This document shows positions 51,926 through 57,039 of a stretch of DNA of 57,039 nt, piece by piece. A model generated the notes under the pieces. The model saw nothing but the letters and a program-made list of their open reading frames with translations, was not told the origin of the DNA and did no database searches. The stretch's first letter is position 1. Every line of letters starts with the position of its first letter. Source of the DNA: Catajapyx aquilonaris (lineage: Eukaryota). The stretch is from assembly GCA_000934665.2 (NCBI GenBank), contig KZ538640.1:1-57039 (forward strand). The letters run 5' to 3'. The position numbers and the translations under genes are program-made.

Positions 51926-52446
51926 TGAAGTGCTGATGGAGTTAATTTGATGCGCTTTAGGTGCCCGTAGAAGTTAATAAAATTGTACAAAATATGTCCT
52001 CGGGACTCACATATTTGTTTAGAAACGAAACTTGAGTCTGTAACGGTATAATCAAATTGTCAGTAAAAATACTGTACCTGCTACCCCCATTATTTTTGAA
52101 AGGTAATATTCATATATGAATATTACCCCCATTATTTTTGAAATGTAATATTCATTCATGAATATTACCTTTTAAAAATAATGGGGGTAGCAGGTACAGT
52201 ATTTTTACTGACAATTTGATTATAACGTTACAGACTCAGGTTTCGTTTGTAAACAAATCTGTCCCGAGGACATATTTTGTACAATTTTATTAATTTCTAC
52301 GGGCACCTAAAGCGCATAAAATTAACTCCATCAGCACTTCATGTATGAATATTACCCTTTAAAAATAATGGGGGTAGCAAGAAGGTACAGTATTTTTACT
52401 GACAATTTGATTATAACGTTACAGACTCAGGTTTCGTTTGTAAACA
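51926..52446. repeat. complex inverted triplication
   Basis: Arm 51926-52113, inverted arm ~52158-52341, a third partial copy ~52345-52446, and a short central duplication. Confidence 0.95.
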
Positions 52447-54639
52447 TCCTGCTACTAATTTACTTGCAAATGGTATCCTGCATCTCCTCATAATAAGATT
52501 AGCTAATTAGAAGGCAGGCAGGATGGATGCATATTGTGTTTGGAAATACAAGTACAATGCTCATGCATTTTAGACTCATTTTGACATTTCAATGCATAAG
52601 GGCCTGTTATATGAACATGAGTCAAGGTTAACTCTGGATTTAATCTATATGTAACCAATAATAGTTAACCTAAACACATGTTCATACAACCGGCTCTTAA
52701 AAGGGTAGTAGTGGTGATCTAAACCACAGTTTAGTAATTCTTTAACAATATCATGCATTGTAATGACTACAAATGGCACACTAAATAATAAATATGCTTC
52801 GTAAATAGCTGCTACACTGATAACATTATTCGGCCTCACGATTGCCTTATCTTAAGCAATATAAACATTACGCCTTTTAAAATTACCGTAATCAACCCTT
52901 CATTATCACCTTAGTCATCGCCTCACTGATTCACCCTTCACTTTTGAAACATTAAACCTCAAAAATTGAAGGGATAAACTGCAAAAAAAAATAATCCCTA
53001 CTCATGACACGTCTAATCTAATCATTCTCTTGTGGTATCTACAAAATCATCATACCGCTTTATTTTTTCATGGAAAAAAATCAGCTCCATTTGATAAAGA
53101 TCTGTACACAAATGCTTCAATTGAAAAATCACCTTGAAATAAATCTAAATTACGTGCACCTAGACATATCCCAGTAGCCACATATTCCGATGAGGCCTAA
53201 GGGCATGAAACCGTGATTGGCTGAGAAGCAGTCACATGCCTTGGCTAAAGGCCAGACGGGAATTCCACGGCAGTCACAGGCTGGTAGGTAGATGCACTGG
53301 CGTGTTCAGGGGGGTGGAGGTGGGAGAGACTTTTCTCCGTCTGCCTAGTGTTTTTAGTGTGCTTGTTGTGTGCTTGGCAGACTCCCGAATATTCTTGGGC
53401 CTCTTCCCAAACTGAGTAGCAGCCTAAACAGCCTTGGTAAGTGCGTTGCCTTCTTCCCGCCATGTCTTCCACGTGGACTGCAGCTTCTTATTTTGTATGG
53501 AGATGCGATAGTAGGCAGGTGTATAGGTTATGGTGGCCTTAGGCAGCCTTGCAACAGTTTCGTTTTTTTTTTTTTAAGTAGGGGTTTCATCGAAACCGGT
53601 TATAAATTTTTTTGTTGGAGGTATGCCGGACGGAGCAGCCTGTTGCACAGGGTGGAACGGAACTATGGGGTTAGAAGGACTTCTAAGAAAAGAGGAGTCA
53701 GTACCGGAACTTGAGATACCGGTACCGGGTCAAATTTTTAAGTAGGTCGATTCGTTACGGTTATACTGTGTGTAATACAGGTGGAGCGAAATGCAGTATG
53801 TAAATATTGAGACAGGAATTCCCGGCTTACTAATAGCTTCTAATAAACAGATAGTTAATATAGCAATTTTTTATGCATTTCTGGTGATTAGATGGCGTGA
53901 CCAGATTGAGAATTCTCAGAATTGCAATGCAAACTCGAGACGCAATTTTATTAGTGTCAAAGTAATAATAATAACATTCGAGGAATTTGCATTGTTGAAT
54001 AGCTGCCTAATTACACAAGGAATCCTAGATCTATAGAGTAGCAGCATGCTTTGAACAAAGGTCACAACTTTGATAAGTGTGTTTTCGTTAGGAAATAATT
54101 AGTGCGCGTAGATATTTAGAAGGCGAGATGCTGACACGTAGGTATCCTATTACTCCTGTGAGCTATATACGAACAGCTGCCCTCATTTTTTAATCGCTTT
54201 ATCTCGACACTGATACCTCTACCCTAGTTTTTTTTTTTTTCCTTCTTCGGGGATGCACATGCTTGGTTGGGAGTCCTGACGCTTTCACTCATCCTCGTGG
54301 AGGACATGCCCATGCTCAGATTATTCCGTTGTCTCTCCAAAATTAGCTCTCTCTCGCTTCCAAAAAAGGAATTCCAAATTGGAAAGGTAGAATGTAACAT
54401 ATCGTTGGGTTGAATCGATGAGAGCAGGATAATTAATTGCATATTCCCGCCTCTATGCACAAGTCATCCTTGTAATGACATTTAAGTTTTTACGACAAAA
54501 TCCACTCCCAGTGTGATAACGGGTTAATTTAGCCTACAATTTTCAAAATTTGATTTCTGAAGTGGTTACACTGCATATGAAAGAACGTGTGTGACAAAAA
54601 ACCAGGTGATATTAATGAAGTGTTAAAGTTGCTTTGTGC

Positions 54640-54876
54640 CAGAACTCGTTTTTTGTGGGGATTCGTGTAATGCGAGTTTTGCTGAAAATGTATCACGTCA
54701 TTTTTGGTCGTCCAGCAAATTCAATTGCAGCGCGTTTTGTATACATCATTGGGGCCAGAGGAACAAAGATTTGGGGAACAGCTGTGGTAAAATCAGATTT
54801 GTATAAGCATATTAGGATGTGCTATGTTATTTATTTTGTGGCTGTTTAAACTGAACCTATTTGAAAAACCCCTGTA
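54640..54876 (+). pseudogene. very degenerate Tc1/mariner 3' remnant
   Basis: FLWGFV* (cf. FLWGYVK), NSIAARFVYIIGARG (cf. the C-terminal RLxxCIxxxG) and the terminus TTTGAAAAACCCCTG|TA. Confidence 0.45.
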
Positions 54877-57039
54877 TGGCATTCCACATCATCACATTAA
54901 TCGCAATTTTCCTGACCAGCCACAAGGCCACATGTGGCCCTGTGCAATTTCTACCATACCCCGCATTTGTATATTTTATTACCCATTTTAAGCCTGCAAA
55001 ATGGCGTTTTACAAATAAACCCCCCTCCCCCCCCCCACCCCGACCATTTAGCACATACAATGCCTGTTTTATCAGGCAGTCTGCAAAGCACCGATATAAA
55101 CCTGATGCGATATCAAGCTGTAACCTTGCACTTGCCCCGCTCATAAGTTTCCGAGAGACTGCTCCAAATTGTATTACCAGTTTAGCCCAACATGTCCCGG
55201 CATATAGACAGGAGGGGGGAGAGGGAGAGGCCTGGGGTAGGGAAATTGCGAGTAATCCAACTGAAACGACATGGCAGAATCCTACCACCACCATGCAGCG
55301 TGTAATTCATACAGTTGTTGGGCCAGTTTGGGCTTAGGGTGAAATTGTCCAGGCCACGTGCCTTGCTGTAGTGGAGCTTACTGACTTATATCGTGTCCCA
55401 TTAGTCTCGTTGCAGCCCCCTCCATCCCCTTCTCCGCCACCTCTACGGCCTCATTCATTCACTGCAATTGTTTCCCTGCCAATTGTTCTCTTCCTAAATG
55501 GTGCGAAGTATATAGGGTCACGCCCCTGCGTAATATACAGCACGTGCGTCAGTGGGGTAAAAGTGCGTGTGGGGGAGGACGGATGGCAAGGCAGGCAGGC
55601 GCAAAATAGGTGACAAAACAGCTGTGTTCCGGTCGAGTAGGTTGCGGTTTTATTTTGCATGGAACGGTCGCGAGTTTATTCGAGCATTGCTGTCATGGTG
55701 GGTCAAGCCGGGTGCCACTGAGTGTAGCCTGGAGTTTGCTTCCCAGCGGCAAACACGTCACTGCTCATTCTTCGGGTTGACGGCTGATCATGGGTTAGAT
55801 CGAAGGGCTATAGATTGTTGGATGCGAATAGGTAGGCTATGGAAAAAGTGAAGAACTCTAAACACCCTTGATCACCTGCAAAGTCACGCAGATATGATTT
55901 TACAATGATACTAGAGCGTTCGGGCACCGAATCCTCGCTGCAAGTAAAGAAAATGTCGCAATACCCCAGTCCAGTGTGTTGGAAAACTAAGGACCAAAGA
56001 TGGCGCGGCCCGTACTCGAGGACCCAAGATGGCGCCCGTTTTCGGGGCGACGCGACGCGCAACCCTCTATATGAGATGGCTGGAGTTTGCGTGCCACCTG
56101 ACGGACATTTTTCCGTCGCGAGCCACTTTAACGTATTTTTACGCTCTCTAGATACTATTTTAAATATATATGTTTTATGTAACCTGTGCAGTTGATATCA
56201 TTAATTATCAGGCATTAATTCCGAGGAAGAAAGGGCAACAAGTAGAATTGCTATGAACGATCTAAAGAACAGCTGATGGCCTCTAGCAAGATAGGCCGTT
56301 TACGATATCACCTGCGACCCTTCCAACCAACCAACTTACATTGCGGCAAGGAATCAGCACCATTTTTAAACAAATCAAAAGACAAACCAACCATTTGCCC
56401 TCATCATGTGGCTCTGCTTGGCTAGCCAACTAGTGGCCTATGTGATTCATGGGTCCGAGGTTGCTAGCCTAGCTTTGCCTTCATGATATAAGTTAGTTGG
56501 CAGTTAATACTTTGATCGCGTGCTGTTACATGATAATTATGTATATGTAATCTCAAATGCACGTCCAGTGTTCTCATACTAAAATATGCTCCTTTATTCC
56601 ACATTAATTTAACGACAAATATCTTATAGTCTCTCTTTTTTGTTCATTAATGTAGAATTGTAGAGTGATGCAGAGCTTTTTTTTCTCTTCTTAACTACAC
56701 ATCATGAAGTCTTGTTAACTTGTTATAATGAAAGGTTAGTTCAGGTCTTGTCACTCAAACTAGTAGGCCCCTCTTTAAAAATACTAATGGCTGGGTTTGA
56801 AGCTATTATATGCAAATTTTATGCACAGTTTAATTACAATTGATTTCACTCTGGCAGAAATTAGCGAGGACGCTTATTATGATAGGTACTGTACAGTGCT
56901 GGACACAATAGCATATAACAAGTGTAAACAACGACTTTGGCATTACCTGGCAACTGGGCGTGTTCGGACATCGGCATGTGGAGAGTGCTTAGCGTTCTTT
57001 CTGTCGTTGCCACGTGCGTTGCCACTGTTTACAGGTAGC

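Noticed and set aside
54857..55337. 158 aa and 145 aa antiparallel ORFs
   Set aside because: Low-complexity, no domain, and no convincing splice structure.

Overview
This is eukaryotic, repeat-rich, essentially non-coding DNA, probably a large intron or intergenic region of an invertebrate (arthropod-like) genome; the taxon is inferred from the repeat types only. I find no intact host protein-coding gene, rRNA, true tRNA or CRISPR array, and nearly all track ORFs are spurious. The window contains (i) eight tRNA-derived SINE copies in three modular types, most with 11-16 bp TSDs, plus tail-only micro-insertions; all share a covarying 3' stem-loop. (ii) There are many non-autonomous DNA transposons, often nested: Tc1/mariner, pogo/Tigger, PIF/Harbinger, hAT, Kolobok-like and a Helitron end. 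(iii) There are decayed transposon genes: a hAT C-terminus, several Tc1/mariner fragments and a Harbinger-type Myb/SANT protein. (iv) Near-perfect local fold-back duplications are strikingly dense, and one was clearly primed on a SINE's own 3' hairpin. The best candidates for something undescribed are the structure-conserved retroposon 3' module with swappable heads and the recurrent fold-back (template-switch) process. All family assignments are by eye, without database searches.
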